A DNA stretch of 64,000 nucleotides from the human T2T-CHM13v2.0 reference genome, Homo sapiens. The notes under the pieces are model-generated. The model had not been told where the DNA came from, ran no database searches, and saw nothing but the letters and a program-made list of their open reading frames with translations. This document shows positions 30,232-47,940 of the stretch, in pieces. The translations under genes were made by a program, and so were the position numbers. Where the stretch lies: assembly GCF_009914755.1 (NCBI RefSeq), contig NC_060941.1, one strand, 5' to 3'. The first letter of the stretch is position 1; each line of letters starts with the position of its first letter.

Positions 30232-30614
30232 TGAGTGCCTGTGCCAGAGCCCAACACCTACAATGGCACCTTCACCATCTTGTAAGAATCACCTTTCCTC
30301 CATTGTCTTCTGTGTCCTGCCTCACATGGCAGCCTTTTCCTGGAGGCCTTCCTGGGCCTTCTTTATCTCCCCAAGCTATACTGACAACTAACTTTCTGCT
30401 TTCACCTCTGCCGGTAATCTCTTCTTTCTCGTCGTTCTCCTTTACTATTAGGCCCCTTCTCCAGTCTTTTACTTGTGATTGCTCTTACTTGTTTACTTGT
30501 CCATTTTCATTTAGCCCCATCGCATCATTGCTTAACCGCTGCTCTCCTCCCATTTTCGCTTCACCCTCTTCACAGCAGCCTGTCCCTCTCCCCATCTCAG
30601 TGATGATGCTCTAA

Positions 30615-30830
30615 ATGGTTAAGAGTTGATTCTAGAGCCAGGCTGCCTGGGTTTGAACCCAGGGCTGTCATTTATTAGCTTGATGACCCTGAGCAAGTTA
30701 TTCTGCTCTGTGACTTAATTTCCTCATCTTTAAACTGGGGATTATGCTAGTTACCATTTCATAGGATTGTTGTGAAATTTAGGTGAGTGAATATATGAAA
30801 CACTTCATCAGTGCCTAGCATATGCAGGAG
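30615..30830 (+). mobile_element. MIR
   Basis: ggttaagagttgattctagagccaggctgcctgggtttgaacccag...tttcctcatctttaaactgggg. Confidence 0.85.
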
Positions 30831-31996
30831 GGTTGGCTGTGAACATGATTACTCAGTCTTTGAGTTATGTCCAGAACTCATCTTTGTCCCTGGCTTTCTA
30901 TATGTAGCACTCATTTTGTGTCCAACCCAGAGCCAAGTATGCTACTGTCCCTAGAACACGAAAATGGTAGGAGGGAAGAAAGAGAATAGGCATAAAAAGG
31001 GAGGTATATATAATTAAGTACTAAAAGATAATGCAGACCATCGGTGCTAGAATTCACCAAAATCTGTGATCTTGAGATTTGGAGGTCAGAGAAAGCTGCA
31101 TGGATAAGCTAAAACTTTACGTGGGGGTTAAAAAGTAGCTATAATTTGTTAAATAGGGGAAAAAATGGGAGTACAATCTAGGCAAAGGCATGGCTACAGA
31201 TATGATGAGAATTTAGTAGACCAATCTGGCTGCAAAGAATCAGGCGAGGGAGCGATGAAGAAATGATTATGTAAAACCTTGATTATCAGGTATGGGAGTT
31301 TAAAAGTTACACAGTGAGATATGGGAAGCCATTGAAAGTTTCCAACCAAGAGAGATTAAATGATTAAAACAGGGAGGATTATTTTATTTTTTGCATAATG
31401 TTCAAGTGTAGACATGCAAAGGATTATTTTAGAATCCATATGTAGAATGCCCTAGAGGGGAAAGCTTAATTCAGGGAGACAAAATAGAAAGGTCTAGCAA
31501 AATCTAGGAGTAAAGTGTGAAGGGGCTAAATCAGATTGGTTGTGATAGGAGTGAAAAGAAAAAAGCCTAGGATGTTTCAACTGAGGGCACTGGGCCAAAG
31601 CTTTGGTGTTATCCGGCATAGGGTTTCTTTCTTCTTATTTGTTGATAATAATAAGCTTTTGCCCATTTTTCTGTTGAGGTATTTACCATTTTTGATTTGT
31701 AGAAGGAGTTAGTTTAGACACATAAGTGATTTTGGATAAAGTCCTTACATTCAAAGTAATTAACCGGCATTATCTGTCTAAGAGATGGGATGGATAGGAA
31801 GTTAAGCTTCCGGGAGATGCCTCATTTGTGCCAGTGGTCCCACATTATTTCTTGATTAATTGTGCAAACTGGGAAGCTGATAGCTCTGGAAATGAGAAAG
31901 CAGGTGTTATTCTCTGTTTCTGAATATCCCCCACAAGGTTGCCATGATTCTTTTACTTATCCTGTTCATTCTTTTCCTACCTATTCAAGGATATGA

Positions 31997-32086
<90 letters not shown>

Positions 32087-32281
32087 TGAGTATATTCTCT
32101 CCAAATATGACAAAAAACTAACTGCATTGTAAGATCCTTCTTGGTACAGAATTTTGAGGTCGGTACCTCTGAGAAAACATGTTTCCCTTCCATACCCCAA
32201 ATGAACCTCTGTTGATTGCAATCGTGTGGTAATTTTAAAATTAAATTTGGTAGGCTCTCTTTAAAATAAGAGTCAATTTAA

Positions 32282-32515
<234 letters not shown>

Positions 32516-33499
32516 TAGAGACAGGGTCTCCCTATGTTGCTTAGGCTGGTCTCAAACTCCTGGGCTCAAGTGATCCTCCCACCTTGGTCTCCCAAAGTGC
32601 TGGGATTACAGGCATGAACCACCACTCCCAGCCCATGATTATATTCTTAATGTATAAAAATGAAATAACAGCTATAACAAAAATCTTCCTTGTGTCCTAC
32701 TCCCTCATCCCTGAGGTAACACTCTGTGTTTAGTATATAACCTTCCAGACTTTTTCCCATTTGCCTACATACATATTTACATAAAGCAAAATAGATTTGT
32801 TGTGTGGTTTTAAAAATCTTTTTTCTTTACATAAATGGTAACATCTTGCAACTTGATTCTTTCACTTCATGATGTGTCTTAGATTTCCTTCCTTCCCAGT
32901 ACTTAGAGGGTTACCCCATTCATTTAAACTCCTGCATAATATTCCATAGTATGGATGTATCATAGTTTATTTAATAGTTCCCCCATTGATGGATGTTTAG
33001 ATTATGTCTAGTTTTCTTGTTACATGCATTGCTGCAATGAAATCCATGCTTCTTTGTGAACATGGGCAAGTATTTCTGTAGAATAGATATCTAGAAATGG
33101 AATTGTTGGAGTGAAGCCTATGTAGATATGAAATTTTAATTGCCGTCAAAAATGTTGTGCCTACTTACACTATCGTCAGCAGAGTATGACAGCATTCATT
33201 TCCCCACACCTTTTCACCACTGGCTATTCTCCAACTTTTTGTTGATGTTATGGATGAATAAAAGGTATCCCATCTAAATTTGAATTTTTCTGATTACTTA
33301 TGAATTTAATGAAATGTTTTTATGTGTTTATTGAACATTTGTGTTTCTTCTCTGAGTTTTCTGTCCTTTGTTCATGATCTCGTTGAATTTTTAAAATCAT
33401 TTTCACATTGATTTATAGAAGGAATTCGACACATAAATGATTTTGGAAAAAATGCTCACATTCAAAGTAACTGGCTTTTTTTTTTTTTTTTTTTTTTAA

Positions 33500-33664
<165 letters not shown>

Positions 33665-36600
33665 TAGAGATGGGGTTTCGCCTTGTTGGCCGGGCTGGTC
33701 TTGAACTCCTGACCTGAGGTGATCCGCCCACCTCGGCCTCCCAAAGTGCTGGGATTATAGACGTTAGCCGCCACCCCCGGGCAGTAACTGGCATTTTTTA
33801 CAACAGTTTGTGTGTCACATTATTAGTTCAACTTACATAGACAAGTTATACACGAGCTCTAAATTAAAAATAAAACACATGACAATCATAGTCATCTAAG
33901 AAGAGGAATTATGACCACTTTAAAGTAGTTTCCCTCACCCTTAGTGTGATATCTTATTGGTAAGAAAAAAAAATGCTAGAACCAGACAATCCTGTTTTCT
34001 AGCTCTAGAGGAGAGATGGGATTCTGCGGCTTGTGTTCCAGATGGAGTCTCCTGATAACAAGAAGGTGTGGGAGATGGCTAGTAAGGGAGTGTACACCCT
34101 TCCTCCAGGGCTCCAGGACCCTGCCCCCTTTCTAACACCAATTGTTCCTGCCTGGAGGAAGACACTCTTTGCTGCCTGGCCCAAGGAAGAAAGATATGTG
34201 GTTGATGTGCCTCTGGCTTCTCCCACTCCACTGTCCCAACCAATAACTTGTAGGTAGTTCCTGGGCATTTCTGACAGGGGATCATTTGTAGAGATGCTTC
34301 CACATTTTGAGCTAAGTTTGTGGATTTTTAAATTATTTCTGTTCTATGATTTTTAGAGATTTGCTAGAGGTTGGATGGGTAGAGACTTGGCATGTTTTCA
34401 ATCTGCCACTTGAAATACCACTTCTTAGGAAAACAATTTTGTGCCCTTATTATATCCTAGAGAAACTCAGGCAAAAGTACTATCAGGATACAAGTATAAG
34501 AATGTTCAAAGCAGCATTCTTTGTAATAACTAAAAACTAGAAATATCTCAGTATCCATACCCAGTAGATGAATCAATATATTGCAGTAGAATCATATAAT
34601 GGAATACTCTATTATTCTATTATATAATAATAGAAGTATGTTAATACTTTATATAGTAATAGAAGTATTATTAATACTTATTAAAAGTATTATGTGTGTG
34701 TAATACTGAATGGAAGGATTATTAATACTTCTATTATTCATTAGAAACATAATGCAAGCCACATACATAATATTAACTTTTCTGGTAGTCACTTAAAAAA
34801 TAAAACTAAAAAAGAAACAGGTGAAACATGTTAATATATTATATCCAAAATATTTTCATTTCAACATGCAGTCATTATATATGTTATTAATGAGATATTC
34901 TATTTTCATACTAAGTCTTCAAAATATCCAAAGGGGTATCATTTCTACATGTTGTTAGTATAAAAATTAATTGGGGAGTTTACATTCTTTTTTCCATACT
35001 AAGTCTTCGAAGTCTTAATTTGGTTGCTAAATTTTTATAAAAAAAAAAACCTTAATCTGTTCTGCTCAGCAGTCTAGGGAGACAAGTAAATAATAATAAT
35101 AAAAATACTTAACCTGGCTGGATGTTAGGTAGCTCATGCCTGTAATCCCAGCATTTTGGGAGGCATAGGCAGGAGGATCACTTGAACCCAGTGGTTCAAG
35201 ACTAGCCTGGCAACACAATGAAACCACATCTCTACAAAAAATTAAAAATATTAGCCAGGCATGATGGTGTGTGCTTATAGTCCCAGCTACTAGGGAGGCA
35301 GAGGTGGGAGGATCACTTGAGCCTGGGAGGTCGAGGCTGCAGTACGCAGTGATTGTGCTACTGCTCTCTAGCCTGGGCAACAGAGTGAAACCTTGTCTCA
35401 AAACAAACAAACAAACAAAACACCTTAGTCTATATTTAGATTTTGTAAAATTTGCAGTTGAAAAAGTAGCATCATATACCCAAGTTGTTGCAAACATAAA
35501 TTTTCTAATGACTACATTGAGTATCAGCTTTTAAATTTAAAAATAATTAAAATGAATATATTAAAGATTCAGTTCCTCAGTCACACTAGTCACTAACAGT
35601 AGCCAAATATAGCTAGTGACTACCTTATTGGAAGCACAACACAGGCCTTGAAATGAATCAATCTCAGCAACATACATCTTAAATGTCCAAACAGATTATT
35701 GAGTGAAAGAAGTGATACAGAAAATAATATGTGTAATATGATTTCATTTATATAATGTTCAAGTAGGCAAAACTAAAATATGTTGTTTATGACTGACATA
35801 TAATAGGTAAAACGACATTTTATTTTATTTTATTTTATTTTATTTTATTTTATTTTATTTATTTTTGAGACAGGGTCTGCAGTGGTGCAAATGCAGCTCA
35901 CTGCAGCCTGGACCTTCCATGCTCAAGCGATCCTCCCATCTGAGCCTCTCCAGTAGCTAGGACTACAGGTGTGCACCAACATGCCCAGCTAATTTTAAAA
36001 TTTGTCTAGAGATGAGGTCCTGCTGTATTGCTCAGACTGGTCTCGAACTTCTGGGCTCAAGCAATCCTCCTACCTTGGCTTCCCAAAGTGCTGTGATTAC
36101 AAGTGTGAGCCACTGTGCCCAGCCAGAACTACATTTTACTTTACTATTTTATTTTATTTTATTTTATTTTATTTTATTTTATTTTATTTTATTTTATTTT
36201 ATTTTATTTTTTGAGATGCAGTTTTGTTCTTGTCGCCCAGCCTGGAGGACAGTGGCGTAAACTCGGCTCACAGTAATCGCTGCCTCCTGGGTTCAAGCAA
36301 TTCTCCCATCTCAGCCTCCCAAGTAGCTGGAATTATAGGCGCCCACCACCATGCCCAGCCAATTTTTGTATTTTTAGTAGAGATGGGGTTTCACCATGTT
36401 GGCCAGACTGGTCTTGAACTCCTGACCTCAGGTGATTCACCCGCCTTGGCCTCCCAAAGTGCTGGGATTACAGGCGTGAGCCACTGTGTCAGGCCAGAGC
36501 TACATTTTAAAAACAAGAAAATTATTACGAAAGTCAGGATAGTGGATATCTATAAGGGTTAGAGAGGGGGTTGTGATTGGAAAGGGGCACACCTGGGGCT

Positions 36601-37069
36601 TCTGGGATGCTAGTAATGATCTTTCGTAATGATATTATATGGGTATCTGCTTTATAATTATTAAACTGAATATTTGGCCAGATGCAGTGGCTCACATCTG
36701 TAATTGCAACACTTTGGGAGGCTGAGACAGGGGGATCACTTGAGCCCAGGAGTTTGAGACTAGTCTGGACAACAGAGTGAGACCCTGTCTCAGAAATAAT
36801 AAAATAAAATAAAAACAACATTTATGTTATGTGCACTTTATGCACATTGTAGTTCTCAAATATTTTTAATGGGAGAAAAAAGTCAAATGGCTTCACTTGC
36901 AGCCCTGACATAGTTCCATGTGGGGCTTTTATAACAAGGTTTGGGAAAAGAGAGGAGGAAATGGAAGTTCTGCTGATCTTGGTGCCACCCAGAGTTGGAT
37001 TCTAACAGGGACTTTGTGATCTAGAGAGGAGGCATTAAATATACAATTTGGTGGGAAGAGTGGGTAGGG

Positions 37070-37075
37070 GTGTGC

Positions 37076-37124
<49 letters not shown>

Positions 37125-37146
37125 GTGGTGGTGGTGGTGGTGGTGG
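37070..37146. repeat. Compound (TG)n(GGT)n microsatellite
   Basis: Seen directly. Confidence 0.95.
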
Positions 37147-37321
37147 AGACAGATGGACACAAAAAGGAAAATGTAAGAAAAGCTTTTAATGAAAGCAGAG
37201 CAGATACCACCATCTTGAAATTATCATGACCCAGATTTCCTCCACATGTAGGAGTTAGTCCTGTGTAGCAAATAGTTGTAGTTTGCATTTTGATCTAGAA
37301 AATAACTTTTTCATTTTCCAG

Positions 37322-37394
37322 AATTCTCAATGAAAATTATTTGACTAAATTACATAGGGATTCATTTGAAGGGCCTGCTATCCCTCCAGTATTT
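37322..37394 (+). pseudogene. LRRC37 LRR exon (ILNENYLTKLHRDSFEG...LLSLQYL), 73 nt with a +1 frameshift
   Basis: Bounded by ttttccag and gtaagt; extra G in GAAGGGCCTG. Confidence 0.9.
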
Positions 37395-40297
37395 GTAAGT
37401 TAGTTAGTTAATCATATTTATTAGTTTTTAGTCATATTATCTGTAAAATGAATATAGGGGTTCAAATTAGATAATCTCTAAGATTTCTTTCAGCAATACA
37501 ATTCTGCAATTCTGTAAGTTTGTATAGGGTCTCAGCCCATCTCTAGCATTAATACCTTCTATGCATTTTCAATTTTTTAATTATATAGACAGAATACAGA
37601 CAGAAAAGAATTTCACATGGTAATAAGATCTGAGCAGTGATTGACACCCATATGAACCTTGTTTTATAAAAAGTGTTCACATCTCATCTTCCTATATTCA
37701 GTCTACAACCAATAGATCAAATCTAATCTACAGTCTGTTTTTAAATAGCCCATTAAGTTAAGAATGGTTTTTACACTTTTAAAGGACTGGGAAAGAAAAA
37801 GAAAAGAAACAAAGAGAAATATGCAACAAAGACCACATGCGGCCCACAAAGCCTAAAATATTTACCAACTGACCTTCCCAAAAAAGATTTGGGTCCGGGC
37901 ACGGTGGCTCACGCCTGTAATTTCAGCACTTTGGGAGGTCGAGGTGGGAGGATCACCTGAGGTCAGGAGTTTGAGACCAGCCTGGCCAACATGGTGAAAC
38001 CCTGTCTCTACTAAAAATACAAAAATTAGCCAGGCATGGTGGCAGACGCCTGTAATCCCAGCTACTCGGGAGGCTGAGGCAGGAGAATCTCTTGAACCCG
38101 GGAGGCGGAGGTTGCAGGATCATGCCACTGCACTCCAGCCTAGGCGACAGAGCAAGACTCTGTCAAAAAAAAAAGAGAAAAGAAAGATTTGAAAAAGTTG
38201 CTTTAGTAGAATGAAAGGAATTAAAGTTAACTTCAGATTGTTGCCTAAAGGAGAAGAAAATATAGACTACCTACATTAATTTGAATATCATTAATCCAGA
38301 ATTTTTTGATAATTTAATCTAAATTAAATTAACATTTATATATTAAATAATAAGCAGCTGAATTATATAAATAATATTATCAAGAATATTAAGCTACCAA
38401 AAGAATAGCCTGGTATTAAGGATTTCATTTCAGGAATTGTTATATTAAAACAGATGTTTAAAATGATGGTTAAGTGGTATAGCTAGAGTGTTTATAGTAA
38501 GTAAGCATATCAGAAATGCCCCTAACTCTTCACTAATTACAAAATAACTATGTCCTCAGCCCTGTTACCAAGGAAGGGATACCTGCATAGTATTTCTGTC
38601 TGTTTAGAGATAAGAAGATACTATGTTCATTGCTATGAAAGCTGGATTTTTATCCTTTGCCCATGGTTTAGAGGTGTGTATGTCATTAATCCTCATTAAG
38701 CTCATTAGTGATGCTTTTTTGCAGACAGATTCTTTCAAATGTAGAAGGCTTAAGGAAAGTGGGTGTAAAGACCCTCAGGTGGATGCCAAAGCGCTACAGA
38801 GGCCATGAAGTAATAAAACTATATTTCCTTTAAAATAGTCATTTTCCTTCTACTCACTGCCCCAGCTATTCATTTATTTTATAAATATGTGAGTTCATTT
38901 TATTTCCATGTGTCAGTTTTAAACATGGTGGGCAACGCAGATGAGCAAGAGCTAGTCCATGCTTTCAAGGAGTTTATGCTCAGAAGAAATGGGATGAAAA
39001 ATAAGTACATTCAAAAGAAGAAATGGATGTGGGCACTAGGAGGGATACATTGTTTCTGGAGCATAGAAGAGAGGAGATTGACTTCAATTTGGACCCATGA
39101 AGATGTTACTAGAACAATGCCATTTGAATAGGACTTTGAAGGGCTGCTGCGTCACATCAGACAAACATGTTGGGGAAAAGATTCTAAACTTGCAAAAGGA
39201 AAATGGGAGAGGGGCAAATCACAGGAAAGTATTTGAGGAATACCATGAGTACCTGTAGAGTACAAGGAGGGAGAGTAGGAAATTGGAGCCAGATCTTCTA
39301 GGGCTTTGAATGTCAAGCTAAGGGGCCATCATACGGACCAGTGTTATCACAGCAGTGCTGTGAGATAGAGCTGCATCACAATCACTGGGAGGTCGCGTTA
39401 GAACTCAGTTCTGCACTCTACCCTCGCAGTTACTGATTCAGTTGGTCTAGAGTGGGACCAAAAATTTGCATCTTCAGTAATTTCCTAGGAGATGCTGATC
39501 TTTGCAAGCCACTTCTGGAGAGTTTATCTGATGACTGTGTGCAGGATGGTTTAGGAAGGGAGAGACTAGAGATGGAGACATCAGCCAGACAACGTTACAC
39601 CATCCAGGTAAAGAGGGAGGGACAAGCTGACAAGCTGGAATCAATGGAAGTAAGAGTTAACTGGAGTCAAGAATGGGTGTTGACTACAACCGTTTTTATT
39701 TGAAAAATAAAAATCTAGTTCCATGTTGTTTTGTTGCCCCATCACTGTATAAGTGAAGAAATTGCTTTCATGGAATATTAAAGCAATATGAAACCAAAAA
39801 AGAATTTATATTAATATGACAGAAATTAATTATATTAATATGATTTGAATTAGTTCAAAGTTATGTATTAGTTAAAGGGGTAACTTCCTTTCAGATGATG
39901 TGAAAGGATGTCTTTTATTTCTTCTGATATTGAACTGGCTTAGGAAAACAGACCTAAACTAGGAAGGTGAGACTATTCCTTTTAATATCAGAAACTATAT
40001 ATAAGGATAAAAACTTTGAGCTTACAATCTAGGATTTGATGAGACTACAAAAGGTCATCTAATCAAGTCTACTGCTCTCAGGAAAAATTAATTCCAAAGT
40101 CTATCAAGATCTATAGTTGTATATTTTATTTATTAAAACTATGAAGGTGAGACTCTAGGAGAGGTACTGGCAGGGTTAGGGACTCTGGGAAGTTCAAATA
40201 CAAGTCTAAAGATTTAGAGTTTAGACGAAAACCATGTATTCAATGTTACTCTAAACCCTTCCTATTTATTCCTACTAATTTGACATCTAATAACTAA

Positions 40298-40402
<105 letters not shown>

Positions 40403-40597
40403 TAAATTACAAATATAACTCGATTACATTTAGAACTTTAATAAAACTTAATGATAAACCTCTTTGCTATTCATTTTGAAATATGATTAAAATTTTAAAA
40501 GTAGAAAGTTACTAAAATTATACAGCAAATCCTCTTTGTCTCTAGGAAAGATTAGTGTAAGAATTACTACAGAGATCATAGTGAATCATCAGAGAGC

Positions 40598-40810
40598 AGT
40601 GGTTCTCAACCAGTGTGATTTTGCACCCAGGTGACACTTGGCAATGTCTGTAGACAGTTTTGGTTGTCACAACTGTGGTGTCCTCCTGGCATCTGGTGGG
40701 CAGAGGCCAGGAATGCTGCTAAATATCCTACGAGGTACAGGACAAACCCCCACGGCAAAGAATTATATAGTCCAAAATGTCGATGGCCCTGAAGTTGTGA
40801 AATCCTGTCC
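40598..40810. mobile_element. MER20 (hAT-Charlie)
   Basis: cagtggttctcaacc...ttggcaatgtctgtagacagttttggttgtcacaact...gatggccctgaagttgtgaaatcctg. Confidence 0.88.
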
Positions 40811-40906
40811 TACAGAAATAAAGATCACTTAACATAAGTATTTACTGAGCATTCACTCTTTTGTATCTAATGCACCACATGTGCAATGTTAAAGTATAAA
40901 TCATAA

Positions 40907-41134
<228 letters not shown>

Positions 41135-42357
41135 TAAGTGAAATAGAAGATGAATACATGTAAACAACTATTTACATGTAAGAACCTCATACAATTATTG
41201 GTTAGCTGGGTATAAGCCCATTATGGATTCTGAAAAGCATGTCTTAAATCCATTCGTTTTTTCAAATGGGGAAACTAAAGTACGAAGAGGCCAAGAAACT
41301 TATATAGTTTATATATGACCTGCCCTGCTTTTCCTAGTTCTGACCTTTGGCATGGGCAAGAAAAGGCATGAAACAAGTGACCCTATTGGCACAATGGTCT
41401 CAACACAGCAAATGTATGTTGGGGGCTGGGCTCCTTTGTTTTGGGTCGAATCTTTCTAGTAAACAGAACTAATTTGCTTCAGGAAACATTTGCTGCAGTG
41501 AGATATATGCCCATTGCATTTCTTTCCAAAGGCAAGTTGCCAAGCGAAGCTGCCAGTAATTTTGTGACCGATATGACACTATTCTGTGGTGTTTGTAAGT
41601 TGAAACAGTATATTTTATTGCATTACAAAAGTTTGTTAAAAAAAAAAAGGGGGGGCCCCAGCTGTGGTGGAATGATGATGAATTGAATAGAGCCTCAGCA
41701 TCAGGGCTTCTCACTTGCACGGTCCTGGGAGGCCCTTGGGAATCGTTGTATTCATACTTTTCCATGTTTTTATTATTAATAGGTAAGGTTCAGGCCCCAT
41801 AAAATCCTGAAATCACCCTGGGTTCCAATAATTACAATTTTGAATGAAGCCTCTATGTTATTGACAAATACTGATCAGCCGAGTTAGCGGTGTGGTAGGG
41901 TCAGTCTATTTTGAATTTGAAACCCATCCCAAGGATATAGCAAGAGCTTATTAGCGGACTTAACTGGGGTCCACTGGCCCAGCACAGTAAAGCCAAACCA
42001 TTCTGAGGTTTTGCAGTGGGAGAAAGGAGCACATTGGTTTGCAGGGCGCCAAGCAAGGAGGACCAGGCAGTTAACAATCAAAGTCCCCCTCTGAATGGTA
42101 GCAATAATCATATCTCTTACAGATGAAATCAGGAATGAAATGGTCTATGGAAAACCAGCAGTGGTTGATAATACTAAATGTTAAGTATGTACATATTTTT
42201 TCCCTGACTTTAAAGTGCTTCTCCTTCATTTACCTACACAGGTCCGGATTGATGGCTTATTTTAAAAAATTTTCTTACTCACTTCATTGGTTCTAATAAT
42301 ACAAGCTCCATAATTTTGGAAACTGAATGACTCTGCAATGTAGAAAGGCTATACCTT

Positions 42358-42424
42358 GGCCCGGCGCGGTGGCTCACGCCTGTAATCCCAGCACTTTGAG
42401 AGGCCGAGGCGGGCGGATCACAGG
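42358..42424 (+). mobile_element. First ~66 bp of an Alu, truncated at a deletion junction
   Basis: ggcccggcgcggtggctcacgcc...gggcggatcacagg followed directly by LRRC37 exon sequence. Confidence 0.9.
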
Positions 42425-42540
42425 ATGCCCGGGCATTTGTAGAGAACACTGCCAAAGAAAAAAAGGCTCAGGAGTCCAGCCCCAAGGGAGCTGGAACAGC
42501 CTCACATGGTGCAGGGGCCAAGAAGTTAGCCAAGAACTAC
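42421..42540 (+). pseudogene. Stranded internal fragment of the large downstream LRRC37A exon
   Basis: Translates, with frameshifts, to [38 protein letters not shown] versus recalled LRRC37A [39 protein letters not shown]. It has no splice acceptor and is fused to a truncated Alu. Confidence 0.8.
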
Positions 42541-42934
42541 TTCATTTCCCACCCCCCATCAAATGATGCCAAGGAGACTAACTCCGAAGAGGACTGATGT
42601 AAAATGCTTCTGCCCAGCATGGGTGTTCACTGCACGAGAGCACTTGGCCAAGGGGGTGAGTGGGGCTGAAAATCCTGCTCAGGCTCCATGCTGAGCCACA
42701 TACAAAGTCTCCCCGAGACATTGTGGGGCCCTTCTGGACAGACATGGAGAGCTTCTGAAAGTCCCGCATGCTTGGAATTATTTTCAAGACCCCAGGTATG
42801 TGGTCTGCAGTGGTTCTAATCACTGTTACTATGGACTGAGGTACTCATTTAGTCCTAATAAGACCAGAGAAGTACATTGTGAGAGGCGTGGGAACGGCAG
42901 CATCACTCACTGTCTTGTCCACGTGTCTCCCCGG

Positions 42935-43368
42935 AGGCATTTTCAGATTTCTGCCACATAGGAGATGCTCATGGCGAACTGAAACTCAGGTACATTGGAG
43001 GATTCATTGCTGTGGCCAGAGAAAGCAGAGGACATGCAAAATGCATATTTCCCTATCCTCCAGGATGGCTTTGTCTAGTTAAGACAGCCACTCTGGCTTA
43101 GGGGTATGTACAGACCTCCCAGTGCTGCACGCGTGAAAAACATGGCACAGAAACCTCACGGCAAGGAGTCTTCCAACAAGGATGACATCTTTCACAAGGA
43201 CGTGGAGTAAACGACAGAGCCTTCGTGGTTCCCATCTAAAATGAAGAGGGAGTGAAAAGTTGAATTGCTCCTTTCAAGAATCAACAAGCTTGGCATTTTA
43301 ATTCCTATCCCAGGGGCAGTGAAGCCCCAACAGAGAAAACTCAAACCAGAAAGTCGTCTGGCTGCTGA
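42935..43368 (+). pseudogene. Three C-terminal LRRC37A exons: 42935-42989, 43064-~43206 and 43314-43368 (stop)
   Basis: GIFRFLPHRRCSWRTETQ (acceptor AG appears mutated to GG; donor CAG|GTACAT); DGFV*LRQPLWLRGMYRPPSAARV...KESSNKDDIF; GSEAPTEK...TGA. These match the LRRC37A cytoplasmic tail. Confidence 0.82.
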
Positions 43369-43403
43369 GCGGGAGGAGTGTGAGGTCCCCTGGGAGGACC
43401 TCA

Positions 43404-43868
<465 letters not shown>

Positions 43869-44679
43869 CTAGCTGGGCAGCGGGTGACACGCAGTCATCC
43901 CCTCAGTGAACGCTGGACGTGCTCTGTGGCTCCCTGCAGGCCTGCGGATCCACCAGGGGGCTCCGTTCCTTCTGGGCCAAAGCTGAAGAAGCGGCTGCTG
44001 CACCAGAGAAGTGCATCTGGATGAAGGTGGAAGCACACGCGGGCCCGCAGAACCGCCTAAGATATCTTCAGGTGTGGGCTTGGAACTGGTAGGCTTTCAT
44101 TTCTGCTTCATTCCATGGCCAAAGCAAGCCACATGGGCAAGTCTGAAGCCGGGGCAAGAAAGTATCCTCCACCCACAACGAAACCATGGCAAGCGGTAGG
44201 TACTAAGAGGGCTGAGGAATTGAGGCCAATAGTTCTATCTATCCAAGTGAGTGAGGAGCTCTGCTTTGGGGATTGCACAACCTGGGTCTGCTCTTGCTGT
44301 GGTGTCTGTCACTATGAACATGACAACATGGATCGCCATCAGGTCAGGGACCCTGACAAGGCAAGAATCATGTCCTCCTCTGCACACAACCCCACTCCCT
44401 TCCCCACCATGCCTAACACCAAGCCTGGCCCTCAGGGATGACTCAGGAGAGCATTTTAGGCCATTCCTTCATTATCCCCATGTGACTTGTTGATAAAGAT
44501 AAGTGCCTCTTCAAGTTCACCTTTTTGAATAAAAGGGATTTATTTAAATATTTCTTTTAAATCTCCACAGCTTTTCATATCTCACACTAACAGATCTTTT
44601 ATTCTACTAATAATTCTTTGTTAAGCCCAAGTAGTTGTTAAATGGAGTAAAAGAGTGAGTATATTCTGTGTTCTTATAT

Positions 44680-47940
<3,261 letters not shown>

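Noticed and set aside
34005-34303. GC-richer intronic island with three short ORFs
   Set aside because: No identifiable homology; cannot be distinguished from an old repeat.
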